The notes: generated by a model from the sequence alone, not told the origin. A stretch of DNA of 34,629 nucleotides from Deltaproteobacteria bacterium (GCA_016719515.1 JADJYZ010000037.1:1-34629); one strand, 5' to 3'; positions 25,445 to 34,629 are shown, counted from the stretch's first letter. Numbers and translations are program-made.

Positions 25445-26551
25445 TCAGCCCAGGCGCTCCAGCTCTTTGATCAGCGCCTGATCCCGCTCGGAGACGAAGT
25501 TGATCACCACGCCCGTGCGCCCCGCGCGGGCCGTGCGACCGGCGCGGTGCAGGTAGTTGTCTACCCGCGACGGCAGGTTGTAGTTGATCACCCGGCCGAC
25601 GTGCTCGATGTCGAGGCCTCGGGCGCCCAAGTCCGTGGCGATGAGCAGGTCCACCTCGCCGTCGCGGAACTTCTTGAGGTTCACCCGGCGCTCGACGCGG
25701 TCCATCTCCCCGCGGAACACGGCGCAGGGCCGCTTGATGCGGGCGAGCTGATAGACCACCTTGTCACACTGCTCGCGGGTGTTGGTGAACAAGAGCGTGC
25801 CGCCCTCGTTCGGCGTGGCCAGCTCGATCTGGAGCTGCTCAAAGCGGCGGCCATCGACGATGCGGCGGTTGATCGTGTGCAGCGTCGAGACCGGGCGGTG
25901 GCTGCCCCGGCTGCGCAGCTCCACGGGCATGTTGAAGGTGCGCTGGGCGAGCCGCGCGACGGGCGGCGGCAAGGTCGCGGTGAACAAGGCGAGCTGGCGA
26001 CCGGCCGGCGTCGCGTTCACCAGATCACCGGCCTGGGGCAAGAAGCCCAAGTCCATGAGCTGATCGGCCTCGTCGAGCACCATCATGCGCACGTCGCCCA
26101 ACGACACGATCTTTCGCTCGACGAGCTGGCCCAGGCGACCGGGCGTGGCCACGAGCACCTCAAAGGCGCCCTTCACGTTCTCCCGGCTCTTGAGCAGGTC
26201 TACGCCGCCAAGGGCCATGCGCACCCGCAGGCGGGTGTCGTGGGTGAACGTCTTAAACACCCGGGCCACCTGCTCGCCGAGCTCGCGGCTGGGCACGAGC
26301 ACCACGGCGCGGGGGGCGCTCTCAGCGGTGACCGGGCTGCCGCTGTCCTCTAAGCTCTTGATCTTGTGGAGGATCGGCAGGGCGTAGGCCAGCGTCTTGC
26401 CGCTGCCCGTCTCGGCGACGCCCACCACCGATCTCCCGGCGAGGAGCTCCGGCATCGCCCGCGCCTGAATCTCCGTGGGCCGGGTGATGCGCTGGGCGTC
26501 GAGGGTGGCCTGAAGGGTGGGCAGCAGCCCAAGCTCATAGAAGCTGTTCAT
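25445..26551 (-). CDS. DEAD-box ATP-dependent RNA helicase.
   Basis: Motifs AETGSGKTLAY, PTRELA-like SRELG, DEAD (VLDEAD), SAT-like and HRAGRTARAG. The start is taken at MNSFYELG (ATG at 26551). The ORF-track start at 26683 would overlap tRNA-Glu. Confidence 0.9.
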   Translation of the reverse strand: MNSFYELGLLPTLQATLDAQRITRPTEIQARAMPELLAGRSVVGVAETGSGKTLAYALPILHKIKSLEDSGSPVTAESAPRAVVLVPSRELGEQVARVFKTFTHDTRLRVRMALGGVDLLKSRENVKGAFEVLVATPGRLGQLVERKIVSLGDVRMMVLDEADQLMDLGFLPQAGDLVNATPAGRQLALFTATLPPPVARLAQRTFNMPVELRSRGSHRPVSTLHTINRRIVDGRRFEQLQIELATPNEGGTLLFTNTREQCDKVVYQLARIKRPCAVFRGEMDRVERRVNLKKFRDGEVDLLIATDLGARGLDIEHVGRVINYNLPSRVDNYLHRAGRTARAGRTGVVINFVSERDQALIKELERLG

Positions 26552-26631
26552 CGAGGCTCCGATCCTGCCCTGGGGTTCGCCACACGTCACGATGCGCCCG
26601 CCGCCGTGACGTGCAGGGCTCCAGAGTACAC

Positions 26632-26660
26632 AACCCCCTCCGACAGACGCCGAAGGGGGT
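26632..26660 (-). terminator. Possible GC-rich stem-loop downstream of the tRNA pair.
   Basis: A 6-bp stem accccc/gggggt with a 16-nt loop. There is no U-tract, so it is weak. Confidence 0.2.
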
Positions 26661-26671
26661 CGTGGGGGAGA

Positions 26672-26749
26672 TGGTGACCCCAACGGGATTCGAACCCGTG
26701 TTAGCGGAATGAAAATCCGCCGTCCTGGACCTGACTAGACGATGGGGTC
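26672..26749 (-). tRNA. tRNA-Glu (anticodon UUC), with CCA encoded.
   Basis: Cloverleaf read by eye: GACCCCATCGTCTAGTCAGGTCCAGGACGGCGGATTTTCATTCCGCTAACACGGGTTCGAATCCCGTTGGGGTCACCA. Confidence 0.9.
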
Positions 26750-26757
26750 GAGGGGTA

Positions 26758-26830
<73 letters not shown>

Positions 26831-26868
26831 ATAGAGCGCAGGCGAAGTAACAGGGGGGGCCGCGCCGG

Positions 26869-28020
26869 TCAACCCGCCGTGCGCTTGAGGCCCGCCTTGG
26901 CCTCCTCGTGATCGGGCTTGAGGGCGAGGATCGCCTTAAACTCGCGGTTGGCGTTCAGCTTCATCGCCAAGGCCTCGTACACGTTCGCCAAGGCCAGCCG
27001 GTACTCAACCACCTGCGGATCCTTGTCTACGGCCTTGCGGAAGTAGGTCAAGGCGCCCTTGTGGTCGTTGCCGTTGGCCTGGATGATCTTGCCCAGGCGG
27101 TAGAAGGGCTCGCCCATCGGCGGATCGAAGCCTACGGCCTGATGGTAATGAAAGAACGCCTCCTTGGTGCTGGAGAAGCTCTCGGCCTTCTTCGCCAGCT
27201 CGATCTGCTTCTCGGCCTGCTGGCGTCGGCCCTTGGCGTCGGCCTCGGTGAAGCGTTTTTTGTACTCCTCGTTGCGCGGGTCAAACTCCATCGCGAGCTT
27301 GAAGTTTCTCGCGGCCTTGGACCACTCGTTCGCGGCGACGTCCGCCTCGCCGAGCTTAAAGAAGCCCCGGGCCTTCTTGAGCCGCTCGATGATCGGGGCC
27401 TTCAAGGCGTCTACGGCGGGGGAGGAGGCCTCTTGGGCTCGGCGGCGGGCTTGGCGGGCGGGCGGCGTCGCGCGGCGGGGTGGCGGCGGCGGCCGGAGGG
27501 TGAACCGCACGGTGTAGGGATCTGCGGTGGCGGCGGCGGCCGGCGACGCGCCGCCCGGACGCCCCACGTTCGGCGGCGGAGGCGGCGGGGGTCGGGCGGG
27601 CGGTGAGCGGGGGCTGGCCCCGGCGGGCGGCGGCGAGGCGGTCGTCGTGACCGGGCGCGGCGGCGCGGGGCTCGGTCGGGCGGTGGCGGCGGCGGCCGGG
27701 GGCTTGGGCTTGGGCTTTCGTTTCTGGGCGGTGACGAGGTCTTGGTCGTACTGGGCGCGGGCGCGCTCGTCCCCCAAGGTGCGATAGGCCTGGTTCACCC
27801 CGGCGAACACGTCCTCCAGCATCTTCTCAAGGCCGCCGAGGTCTTGGCGGTAGTAGCGGTCGGGGTGAAACCGCCGCGAGAGGTTGTGGTAGGCGTTCTT
27901 CAGCGCCGTGCGGTCAAAGTCCTCCGCCACGCCGAGGAGCTCGTAGTGTGTGCCGTCGCGCAGCACCTCGCTGAGCCGGTGCAGCTCGGCCACATCTTCA
28001 GGCTTGAGGCCACCGCTCAT
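26869..28020 (-). CDS. J-domain (DnaJ) protein with a Pro-rich linker and C-terminal TPR repeats.
   Basis: J domain YELLGVAEDFDRTALKNAYHNLSRRFHPDRY with the HPD motif. TPR-like C-terminus. Its ATG overlaps the xer stop as ATGA. Confidence 0.85.
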   Translation of the reverse strand: MSGGLKPEDVAELHRLSEVLRDGTHYELLGVAEDFDRTALKNAYHNLSRRFHPDRYYRQDLGGLEKMLEDVFAGVNQAYRTLGDERARAQYDQDLVTAQKRKPKPKPPAAAATARPSPAPPRPVTTTASPPPAGASPRSPPARPPPPPPPNVGRPGGASPAAAATADPYTVRFTLRPPPPPRRATPPARQARRRAQEASSPAVDALKAPIIERLKKARGFFKLGEADVAANEWSKAARNFKLAMEFDPRNEEYKKRFTEADAKGRRQQAEKQIELAKKAESFSSTKEAFFHYHQAVGFDPPMGEPFYRLGKIIQANGNDHKGALTYFRKAVDKDPQVVEYRLALANVYEALAMKLNANREFKAILALKPDHEEAKAGLKRTAG

Positions 28021-28952
28021 GGAGCCTCCTCGGGGTCAAAGGGTTCAAGTCTGTCTGGCGCCCCGCTCGCCCCGCCCGCGGCCCGCCGCCCGTGGGGGTG
28101 CGCGCTGCGGTGCACCTCCAAGAGCCGCTCCAAAGAGACGTGGGCGTAGCGCTGGGTCGTAGACAAGGAAGCATGGCCAAGCTGCTCCTGAATGGCCCGT
28201 AGATCAGCCCCAGAGGCTAACATATGCGTCGCTGCGCTGTGTCTGAGGGCGTGGGGGTTCACCCGGGGCTGTCCGTTCTTGAGCGCGCTGTCTCCGACGA
28301 TGGTGTGAATCGCCCGCGCAGAGAGCCGACCACCACGGTGGTTCAGAAAGAGCGCCCGGCCCTGGGCGGGGAGCTGGCGCATCCACAGGCCCAGCGCCTC
28401 GGCGGCGGGCGGGCCGAAGGGCACGCGGCGCTCTTTGCGGCCCTTGCCCTTTCGCACCGTGACGAGGAGCTGCCCGAGGTCGATGTCGTCGCGGTCCAAG
28501 GCCGAGACCTCTCCTACACGCAGGCCGGCGCCGTACATCAGCTCCAGGAGCGCCCGGTTGCGGTCGTGCAGCCAGCCCTCTTGAATCGGCGCCTCGACCA
28601 GCGCCGCGGCGTCCTGCTCGTCCAGGTAGCGCGGCACCTTCACCGGCAGGCGGGGGCTGCGCAGGCGCGCGGCGGGGGAGTCGGGGATCAGGCCTTCAGA
28701 GACCATCCACTTAAAGAAGGATCGCAGCGCCGCCACTCTGCGCCGAATGCTGGCGGCGGCGGGCGCGCCTTCAGCCACGGCGGCGAGGTGCTCCCGAAGA
28801 TCCACCAGACGCGCGCTCTGGAGATCTCGTCCGCGCTCCAAAAGGCGCGCCCGCAACGCCGCGAGATCGGCGCCATACGCGCGCAGCGTGTGCTCGCTCG
28901 CGCCCCGCTCAGCGCGCAGAACAAGCAGGTATCGGTCCAGAAGCTCACTCAC
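28017..28952 (-). CDS. Tyrosine recombinase of the XerC/XerD family.
   Basis: C-terminal catalytic region HALRHSAATHMLASGADLRAIQEQLGHASLSTTQRYAHV. The N-terminal SAM-like core-binding domain is present. GTG start with a ggtgag SD. Confidence 0.9.
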   Translation of the reverse strand: MSELLDRYLLVLRAERGASEHTLRAYGADLAALRARLLERGRDLQSARLVDLREHLAAVAEGAPAAASIRRRVAALRSFFKWMVSEGLIPDSPAARLRSPRLPVKVPRYLDEQDAAALVEAPIQEGWLHDRNRALLELMYGAGLRVGEVSALDRDDIDLGQLLVTVRKGKGRKERRVPFGPPAAEALGLWMRQLPAQGRALFLNHRGGRLSARAIHTIVGDSALKNGQPRVNPHALRHSAATHMLASGADLRAIQEQLGHASLSTTQRYAHVSLERLLEVHRSAHPHGRRAAGGASGAPDRLEPFDPEEAP

Positions 28953-29048
28953 AATGACTCACCAGGGTGCGTGACGCGGCCAGGGGCTGGCTTGCTTCCC
29001 CGCTTGCGGCATCCTATACGGCGAGCATGATCTTGGGCCGCGCGGCTC

Positions 29049-32000
29049 ATGTCGGAAGATCTACGGAGCATCATGGGCAAGCCCCTCGTCATCGTCGAGT
29101 CCCCCGCCAAAGCACGCACCATCGAGAAGTTCCTCGGCGCGGGCTACCAGGTCGCCGCGTCCGTGGGCCACATCCGCGATCTCCCCGAGACCGCCGCCGA
29201 CATCCCCAAAGAGTTCAAAGACAAGAAGTGGGCGCGCACGGCGGTAGACGTCGAGAACAACTTCGCGCCGCTCTATGTGCTGACCGAGCGGGGCCGAGAG
29301 CAGGTCAAGACCCTCAAGAAGATGCTCAGCGACGCCGACGCGCTCTACCTCGCGACCGATGAGGATCGTGAGGGTGAGGCCATCGCCTGGCACCTCTTTG
29401 AGGTGCTCAAGCCCAAGGTGCCGGTGAAGCGCCTCGTCTTCCACGAGATCACCGACCGCGCGATCAAAGAGGCCCTGGCCTCGCCCCGGGCCTTAAACCT
29501 CGACCTCGTCCGCGCCCAGGAGACCCGCCGGATCATCGACCGCCTCTACGGCTACAACGTCTCGCCGGTCCTGTGGAAGAAGATCAAGCCGCGCCTGTCC
29601 GCGGGGCGTGTGCAGTCCGTGGCCGTGCGCCTCATCGTCGATCGGGAGCGCAGCCGCATGCGCTTCGTGCCCGGCGCCTGGTGGGATCTCAACGCCACCT
29701 TCGACGCCCAGGCCGGGCGCTGGGCGGCGCAGCTCGTCGAGCTGAACGACAAGCGGGTGGCGAGCGGCCGCGACTTTGAGGCCACCACCGGCGCGCTCAA
29801 GCCCGGCGCCGATCTGGTCCTGCTCAACGCCGAGACCGCCGCGTCGCTGCGGGAGCGCCTGCTCCAGAGCGCGGCCAAGGTGCACAAGGTCCAGCGGAAG
29901 CCCTTCACCGAGCGGCCCTACCCGCCCTTCACCACGTCTACGCTCCAGCAAGAGGCCAACCGCAAGTTTAAGTGGCCCGCCCGGCGCACGATGTCCGTGG
30001 CCCAGCGCCTCTATGAGACCGGCTGGATCACCTACATGAGAACCGACAGCCTGCACCTCAGCGAGCAGGCCATCAGCGCCGCCCGTGGGCTCATCAAGAG
30101 CCAGTTTGGGCCCGACTACGTCCCGAACCAACCCCGGATGTACAAGACGAGCGCCAAAGGCGCCCAGGAGGCCCACGAGGCCATCCGCCCGGCGGGGGAC
30201 GTCTTCCGCAGCATCACGAGCTGCCGCGCTGAGCTTGGTGACGAGGAGGCCCGGCTCTACGAGCTCATCTGGAAGCGCACCATGGCCTGCCAGATGGAGG
30301 ACGCCCGAGGCGAGCGGGTCACCGTCGACACCCTCACCACCACCGCCGCCGGAGAGCGCGCCCTGTTCCGCGCCAACGGCCGCACCTTCTCCTTCGCGGG
30401 GTATCGCCGGGTCTACGTCGAAGACCTCGACGAGGGCGCCTTTGACCTCAGCGACTCCGACACGCTCCTGCCCCCGCTCAAAGAGGGCGACGCGGCCAAG
30501 GCCGTGGAGGTCGGCGCGTCGAGCCACGAGACGTCTCCCCCCGCGCGGCTCACCGACGCCAGCCTGGTGAAAGAGCTGGAGTCCTTGGGCATCGGCCGCC
30601 CGAGCACCTACGCCAGCATCATCGAGACCATCCTCTCCCGGGGCTACGTCTTCAAGAAGGGCACCTCGCTTGTGCCCACCTGGACGGCCTTCGCCGTCAC
30701 CCAGCTCATGGAGACCCACTTCCAAGAGCTCGTGGACTACACCTTCACCGCCACGATGGAAGACGGCCTCGACTCCATCGCCTTGGGTCAAGAGACGCCG
30801 CTTCGCTACTTGTCGTCGTTTTACCACGGTCACGACGCCAACAAGCCGAACAGCGGCCTCACCGAGCAGATCCGCGCCGCCGAGGCCGCCGCCGACCCCC
30901 GCGTCGTGTGCTCGATCCCCCTGGGCACCGTCGATGGGGTGCCTGTGGTGGCCCGCGTCGGCCGCTTCGGGCCCTACATCGAGCTTGAGGACAAGACCCG
31001 CTCTCTGCCCGATGAGCTGCCCCCCGACGAGATGACCGCCGCCGCCGCCGCCGCCTTCGTGCGCAGCGCCCCGGCGGGCCCCACCAAGCTCGGCGACGAC
31101 CCGGCCACGGGCCTCGCGGTGATGTTGTTCAACGGCCGCTTCGGGCCCTACGTGCAGCTCGGCGAGACGTCCGACGACGACAAGCCCAAACGCCAGAGCT
31201 TGCCCAAAGAGCTCACCCCCGCCGAGTGTACCCTCCAGGACGCCATCGCCCTGCTCGCCCTGCCCCGCAACCTGGGCAAGTCCGCCAGCGACGACGACAT
31301 CCTCGTCTTCAACGGCCGCTTCGGGCCCTTCGTGCGCGCCGGGAAAGAGGTCCGGAACATCCCCCCGGGCGTGTCGTTGCTCACGATCAGCCGGGAGCAG
31401 GCCCTGGAGCTGCTCAGCGCCCCCGCCAGCCGCGCGCGCGGCGCCGCCGCGGCCTCCAACCTCGCCGAGCTCGGCGAGAGCCCTGAGGGTCGCCGTGTGG
31501 TCGTGAAGAAGGGTCGTTTCGGCGCTTATGTCACCGACGGCGTCGTGAACGCCACCCTGAAGCGGGGCGTGACCGTCGAGGAGCTGTCTCTGGCCGACGC
31601 GCTGATCCTGCTCAACGAGCGCCGCGACGCCCCTCCGAGCACCAAGTCCCGGGGCCGTGGCGCTCCCCGCCGCGGCGCGCCCAAAGCCGCCGCCGCGCCC
31701 AAGGCCACCGTGAAGAAGGCCGTCGCGAAGAAGGCTGTCGCGAAGAAGGCCGTCGCCGCCGAGGCCAGCGAGGAGGCGCCCAAGCCCACGAAGAAGGCCA
31801 CCGCGAAGAAGGCCACCCCAAAGAAGGCCACCACGAAGAAGGCCCCGAGCGCCGCCGCGAAGGCCGCTGAGGCCACCCCCGAGGCGAAGCCCGCAAAGAA
31901 GGCCGCCGCGAAGGCCGCCGCGAAGGCCGCTGAGGCCCCCTCCGAGGCGAAGCCTGCAGAGAAGGCCACCGCCAAGAAGGCCAGCGGCGCCAAAAAGCCA

Positions 32001-32159
32001 CCGAAGAAGGCCACCGCGAAGAAGGCCACCGCGAAGAAGGCCGCGCCCAAGAAGGCCGCGCCCGAGGCCGCCCCCGCCGTCGCTGAGGCCCCCGCCGCTC
32101 CGGCCAAGCCGAAGACGGTCACCCGCAAAGCCAGCCCCAAGGCGCCCGCCGAGGCCTAA
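29049..32159 (+). CDS. topA: DNA topoisomerase I with four C-terminal GRFGPY repeats and a Lys/Ala-rich basic tail.
   Basis: Toprim start LVIVESPAKA. The active-site region is present. Repeats GRFGPYIELED, NGRFGPYVQLGE, NGRFGPFVRAGK and KGRFGAYVTDG. Tail of AKKA/KKAT repeats from about 31620 to 32159. Confidence 0.95.
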   Translation: MSEDLRSIMGKPLVIVESPAKARTIEKFLGAGYQVAASVGHIRDLPETAADIPKEFKDKKWARTAVDVENNFAPLYVLTERGREQVKTLKKMLSDADALYLATDEDREGEAIAWHLFEVLKPKVPVKRLVFHEITDRAIKEALASPRALNLDLVRAQETRRIIDRLYGYNVSPVLWKKIKPRLSAGRVQSVAVRLIVDRERSRMRFVPGAWWDLNATFDAQAGRWAAQLVELNDKRVASGRDFEATTGALKPGADLVLLNAETAASLRERLLQSAAKVHKVQRKPFTERPYPPFTTSTLQQEANRKFKWPARRTMSVAQRLYETGWITYMRTDSLHLSEQAISAARGLIKSQFGPDYVPNQPRMYKTSAKGAQEAHEAIRPAGDVFRSITSCRAELGDEEARLYELIWKRTMACQMEDARGERVTVDTLTTTAAGERALFRANGRTFSFAGYRRVYVEDLDEGAFDLSDSDTLLPPLKEGDAAKAVEVGASSHETSPPARLTDASLVKELESLGIGRPSTYASIIETILSRGYVFKKGTSLVPTWTAFAVTQLMETHFQELVDYTFTATMEDGLDSIALGQETPLRYLSSFYHGHDANKPNSGLTEQIRAAEAAADPRVVCSIPLGTVDGVPVVARVGRFGPYIELEDKTRSLPDELPPDEMTAAAAAAFVRSAPAGPTKLGDDPATGLAVMLFNGRFGPYVQLGETSDDDKPKRQSLPKELTPAECTLQDAIALLALPRNLGKSASDDDILVFNGRFGPFVRAGKEVRNIPPGVSLLTISREQALELLSAPASRARGAAAASNLAELGESPEGRRVVVKKGRFGAYVTDGVVNATLKRGVTVEELSLADALILLNERRDAPPSTKSRGRGAPRRGAPKAAAAPKATVKKAVAKKAVAKKAVAAEASEEAPKPTKKATAKKATPKKATTKKAPSAAAKAAEATPEAKPAKKAAAKAAAKAAEAPSEAKPAEKATAKKASGAKKPPKKATAKKATAKKAAPKKAAPEAAPAVAEAPAAPAKPKTVTRKASPKAPAEA

Positions 32160-32184
32160 GCCTCACGGCCAAGGCGTCCGCCGC

Positions 32185-32493
32185 TCAAGAGAACAGCAGC
32201 GCCCACTCCCGCTCAAGGAGCTGGCGCTGCGGGTCTCCCAACTTCGCCTCCTGCTCCATGAGCATCGAGGCGACGAGGCGGCGCACGTCGTCGAGGCTCA
32301 CCTGAACGTGGGTGGCGCCTTCAGGCACGAGGGCCTTGGAGATGCTCTCCAAGACCTGCTCAAAGAGGGCGTCGTCCAGATGACCCAGGTCTTGAAGCAG
32401 CTCCAAGAAGCCCAAGGCCTCCGGGGTCAGCTCGACGTGTTGGCTGGGCGAGGTGGAGCGACGCCGGGAAGGACTGGATTTACGAGAGTGCAT
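32185..32493 (-). CDS. Small hypothetical protein of 102 aa, downstream of and overlapping dprA.
   Basis: GC3-biased ORF that overlaps the dprA 3' end by 14 nt. Confidence 0.45.
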   Translation of the reverse strand: MHSRKSSPSRRRSTSPSQHVELTPEALGFLELLQDLGHLDDALFEQVLESISKALVPEGATHVQVSLDDVRRLVASMLMEQEAKLGDPQRQLLEREWALLFS

Positions 32494-33565
32494 AGCGCTG
32501 ATCGGGTAACCGCACTACCGCGCCCGTCAACTCCAGCTTTGTCAGCAGGCCAAGAACCTCACGCAGCGGCGCCTCCAAGCGTGCGGCGATCTCCCCCAGG
32601 CCCCGGGGCGCGTCAAGGGCCATGAGCAGCCGTGAGGCGGGATCGTTGCCCACACGACGCCAGCCCGCGGTGACCTCGACCAGCTCTCGCACACACAGGC
32701 AGCCCTCTGCGATGAGCAACAAACATCCCGCCGAGGCCGGCGCGTCGATGCGCCCCGGCACCGCCCAGACCTCTCGGCTGAGATCCCGCGCGGCCTTCGC
32801 GGTGTGCATGGCGCCGGACTGCAAGGACGCCTCGACCACCACCGTCGCCCGCGCCAAGGCGGCGATGAGCCGGTTTCGTCGTGGGAAGGTGTACTTTGTG
32901 GGCGGATCCCGAGGCGGCAGCTCGCTCACCAGGCTGCCGCCGCCGTTGAGGATGTCTTCATGCAGCCGCCGCGCCTCGGGCCCCGACGCGCGAGAGCAGA
33001 GCCCCTGGCCCAAGATGGCGATCGTCACCCCGCCCGCCTCCAAGGCCCCGCGGTGGGCGCTCTCGTCGATGCCCCGGGCGGCGCCGGAGACGAGCGCCCC
33101 GCCGAGGTTCGCCGCTTGAGCCCCCAGACGCCGGGCCACGAGCCGCCCATACGGCGTACAGGCCCTCGCGCCGACCACGGCGAGCCCAGCGCGATCTCCG
33201 ACCTTGGCCCCCCGCACGCAGATGAGCGCCGGAGGCTGGGCCAAGCCGAGCAAGGACTCGGGGTACAACGGCGAGCCCAAGGTGTAGAAGGGATCGGGGC
33301 TCACCTCGTCGCGCGCGCTGAGCATCTGCTCGACGAGCTTGGGGCGAAACCCAGCGGCCACCAGCTCCGCGCCGCCCGCGCTCAACAGACCCGCCTCACC
33401 GCCGATGTTGTCCAGCAGCACGCGTGGATCAACAGCGTCTGTCGACCGGGCCAACGCGGCCCAGCGACCAGGGATGACATAACTCACGGCTGACTCCCGG
33501 AGACCGGGAGGGGCGACCAGCACGCCGAGGCTTATCCGCGACAGCGCGGGCTGGCCAGGGCACAA
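32480..33565 (-). CDS. dprA: DNA-processing protein DprA (Smf).
   Basis: Rossmann-like DprA core (VVGARACTPYG...SGAARGIDESAHRGAL...PRRNRLIAALA...GAMHTAKAA). The likely start is the GTG at 33499, with a GGGAG SD 6 nt upstream. Confidence 0.9.
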   Translation of the reverse strand: MCPGQPALSRISLGVLVAPPGLRESAVSYVIPGRWAALARSTDAVDPRVLLDNIGGEAGLLSAGGAELVAAGFRPKLVEQMLSARDEVSPDPFYTLGSPLYPESLLGLAQPPALICVRGAKVGDRAGLAVVGARACTPYGRLVARRLGAQAANLGGALVSGAARGIDESAHRGALEAGGVTIAILGQGLCSRASGPEARRLHEDILNGGGSLVSELPPRDPPTKYTFPRRNRLIAALARATVVVEASLQSGAMHTAKAARDLSREVWAVPGRIDAPASAGCLLLIAEGCLCVRELVEVTAGWRRVGNDPASRLLMALDAPRGLGEIAARLEAPLREVLGLLTKLELTGAVVRLPDQRYALS

Positions 33566-33642
33566 CGGCGGGGCGCGGGCAGTTTTTGTGAGCGCCTCAG
33601 CGTGGAGGCGCCCTCACGCCGCTGATCTCACGCCGCTAAATC

Positions 33643-34629
33643 TCACTCCACCGTCATCGACACCGCGTCGCCGACGGCGATGGGGCGGCTCGCGTCGACG
33701 ACGATGGCCGCGGCGTGATCCTCCTCCACCCGGGTGACGACCACACGCCCGACGACCTGATCGGGGATCGCCAGATCCTCGTGATCGACGCCGAAGTTCT
33801 CGTCGCGGTGGTGGATGATGAAGAAGCTGTTGCCCACCCGCAGGCCGTCCGCGCGCCCACGGTCGAGGAAGACCGTCTCGCCTGTGGCCGCGAGCTCGTA
33901 CTGATCGAGGCCGCTGCGGGCGATGATCACGCCGTCGAGATCCCCCTTGGGCGCGGTCGTCGGGAGCTTGGCGGTGACGGGGTAGGCCGGGCCGACACGA
34001 TCCCCGCGGCGCATCTCACGGAAGCTCCGGCGCACGACCGCGGAGACCATCTCATCGGTGGTGTGGACCACCCGAAGCTCGGCGACGACGTGGTAGAGCC
34101 TGCCGTAGCGTAAGTCTTTGGCGTCGGGGTGACGCACCTTGCGGCCCTCGCGGTACACGGCGATCACGTCGCCGCAGGCCACCAGGTCGGGGTCGTCCAT
34201 CCGCAGGTAGACCAGATCGCCCTCGCCGAGATGCGTCGCGCCGGTCTTCGCGTACTTCACCTCGCCCCAGAGCTCCAGCTCATCGGCCAACATCGAGGCC
34301 GTGGTGTAGGTGGCCGCGGGGTAGGCCGAGGTGAAGTTGATGTCGGGGCCACACTCGGGCTCGGAGAGCTCAAAGTCGGCGGCATCGACGATGTAGCCGT
34401 CTTGGGCGCCACCATCGAGCTCAAGCCCCGGAGGGTCCAAGAGCGTGCCAGGGCGGAAGACGATGACGTTGCCGGGGTAGATCCAGTGGGGGTTCGTGAT
34501 GTAGTCGTTGAACGACCACAACCTCGGCCAGTAGCCGGCGTCGCCCATGAACCGCGACGAGATGTCCCACAGGGTGTCGCCCGTCTGGATGACGTAGCGG
34601 TCGGGCGTCGAGTCGCTCAGCTCAACGGC
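33643..34629 (-). CDS. LysM domain-containing protein, 5'-partial. It continues beyond the window end.
   Basis: In frame upstream of the ORF-track Met, the sequence reads ...RYVIQTGDTLWDISSRF-MGDAGYWPRLWSFNDYITNPHWIYPGNVIVF. This is a LysM consensus and it continues to position 34629 without a stop. Confidence 0.75.
   Translation of the reverse strand, partial: AVELSDSTPDRYVIQTGDTLWDISSRFMGDAGYWPRLWSFNDYITNPHWIYPGNVIVFRPGTLLDPPGLELDGGAQDGYIVDAADFELSEPECGPDINFTSAYPAATYTTASMLADELELWGEVKYAKTGATHLGEGDLVYLRMDDPDLVACGDVIAVYREGRKVRHPDAKDLRYGRLYHVVAELRVVHTTDEMVSAVVRRSFREMRRGDRVGPAYPVTAKLPTTAPKGDLDGVIIARSGLDQYELAATGETVFLDRGRADGLRVGNSFFIIHHRDENFGVDHEDLAIPDQVVGRVVVTRVEEDHAAAIVVDASRPIAVGDAVSMTVE

Noticed and set aside
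26552-26683. DEAD-box helicase start at the TTG at 26683, as in the ORF track.
   Set aside because: It would overlap tRNA-Glu on the same strand and add a Gly/Pro/Ser-rich leader. The internal ATG at 26551 (MNSFYELGL) matches the usual helicase N-terminus (Q-motif region).

Overview
This is a very GC-rich window of roughly 70% GC. The gene content points to a myxobacterial-type chromosome, though that is inference, not a database hit. The content is listed below from left to right; the window is densely coding on both strands.

- Two tandem paralogous lipoproteins on the minus strand (68..1237 and 1367..3928). Each has an LSAC/SACG lipobox, Asp/Cys-rich MopE-like putative metal-binding repeats and about 22-residue LRR-like repeats (LTSLSGLEGLxxVxGxLxIxxN). 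Gene 2 carries eight near-identical 123-bp tandem repeats. Gene 1 is frameshifted near its 3' end and runs off the window.
- A 343-bp intergenic region holds an 18-nt poly-G tract, a G11C6 tract and a relic of a third paralog's C-terminus.
- A TIGR03960-type radical SAM gene and a divergently transcribed secreted hypothetical.
- A same-strand cassette, in transcription order: an SCO1/SenC copper-chaperone lipoprotein (frameshifted), a membrane Ser/Thr kinase, and the 2Fe-2S, molybdopterin and FAD subunits of a xanthine-dehydrogenase-family molybdenum hydroxylase. The three hydroxylase genes have overlapping stop and start codons.
- A large polytopic membrane protein.
- A 33-codon small ORF translationally coupled (ATGA) to a hypothetical gene.
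- A signalling cluster of three genes: an FHA protein, a caspase-family (peptidase C14) protein with an S/T/N-rich C-terminal domain, and a Ser/Thr kinase fused to a formylglycine-generating-enzyme (FGE-sulfatase) domain. The caspase and kinase genes overlap convergently at their 3' ends.
- A GFA-like Cys-rich protein.
- A GlxA/AraC regulator divergent from an operon of dienelactone hydrolase, a GST-like protein and a cupin.
- A DEAD-box helicase.
- tRNA-Glu(UUC) and tRNA-Lys(UUU).
- A J-domain/TPR protein translationally coupled to a XerC/XerD-type tyrosine recombinase.
- topA with four C-terminal GRFGPY repeats and a long lysine/alanine-rich tail.
- dprA with a small downstream ORF.
- A 5'-partial LysM protein.

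Many long opposite-strand ORFs in the six-frame track are GC-composition artefacts. They are Arg/Pro/Gly-rich and sit antisense to well-supported genes.
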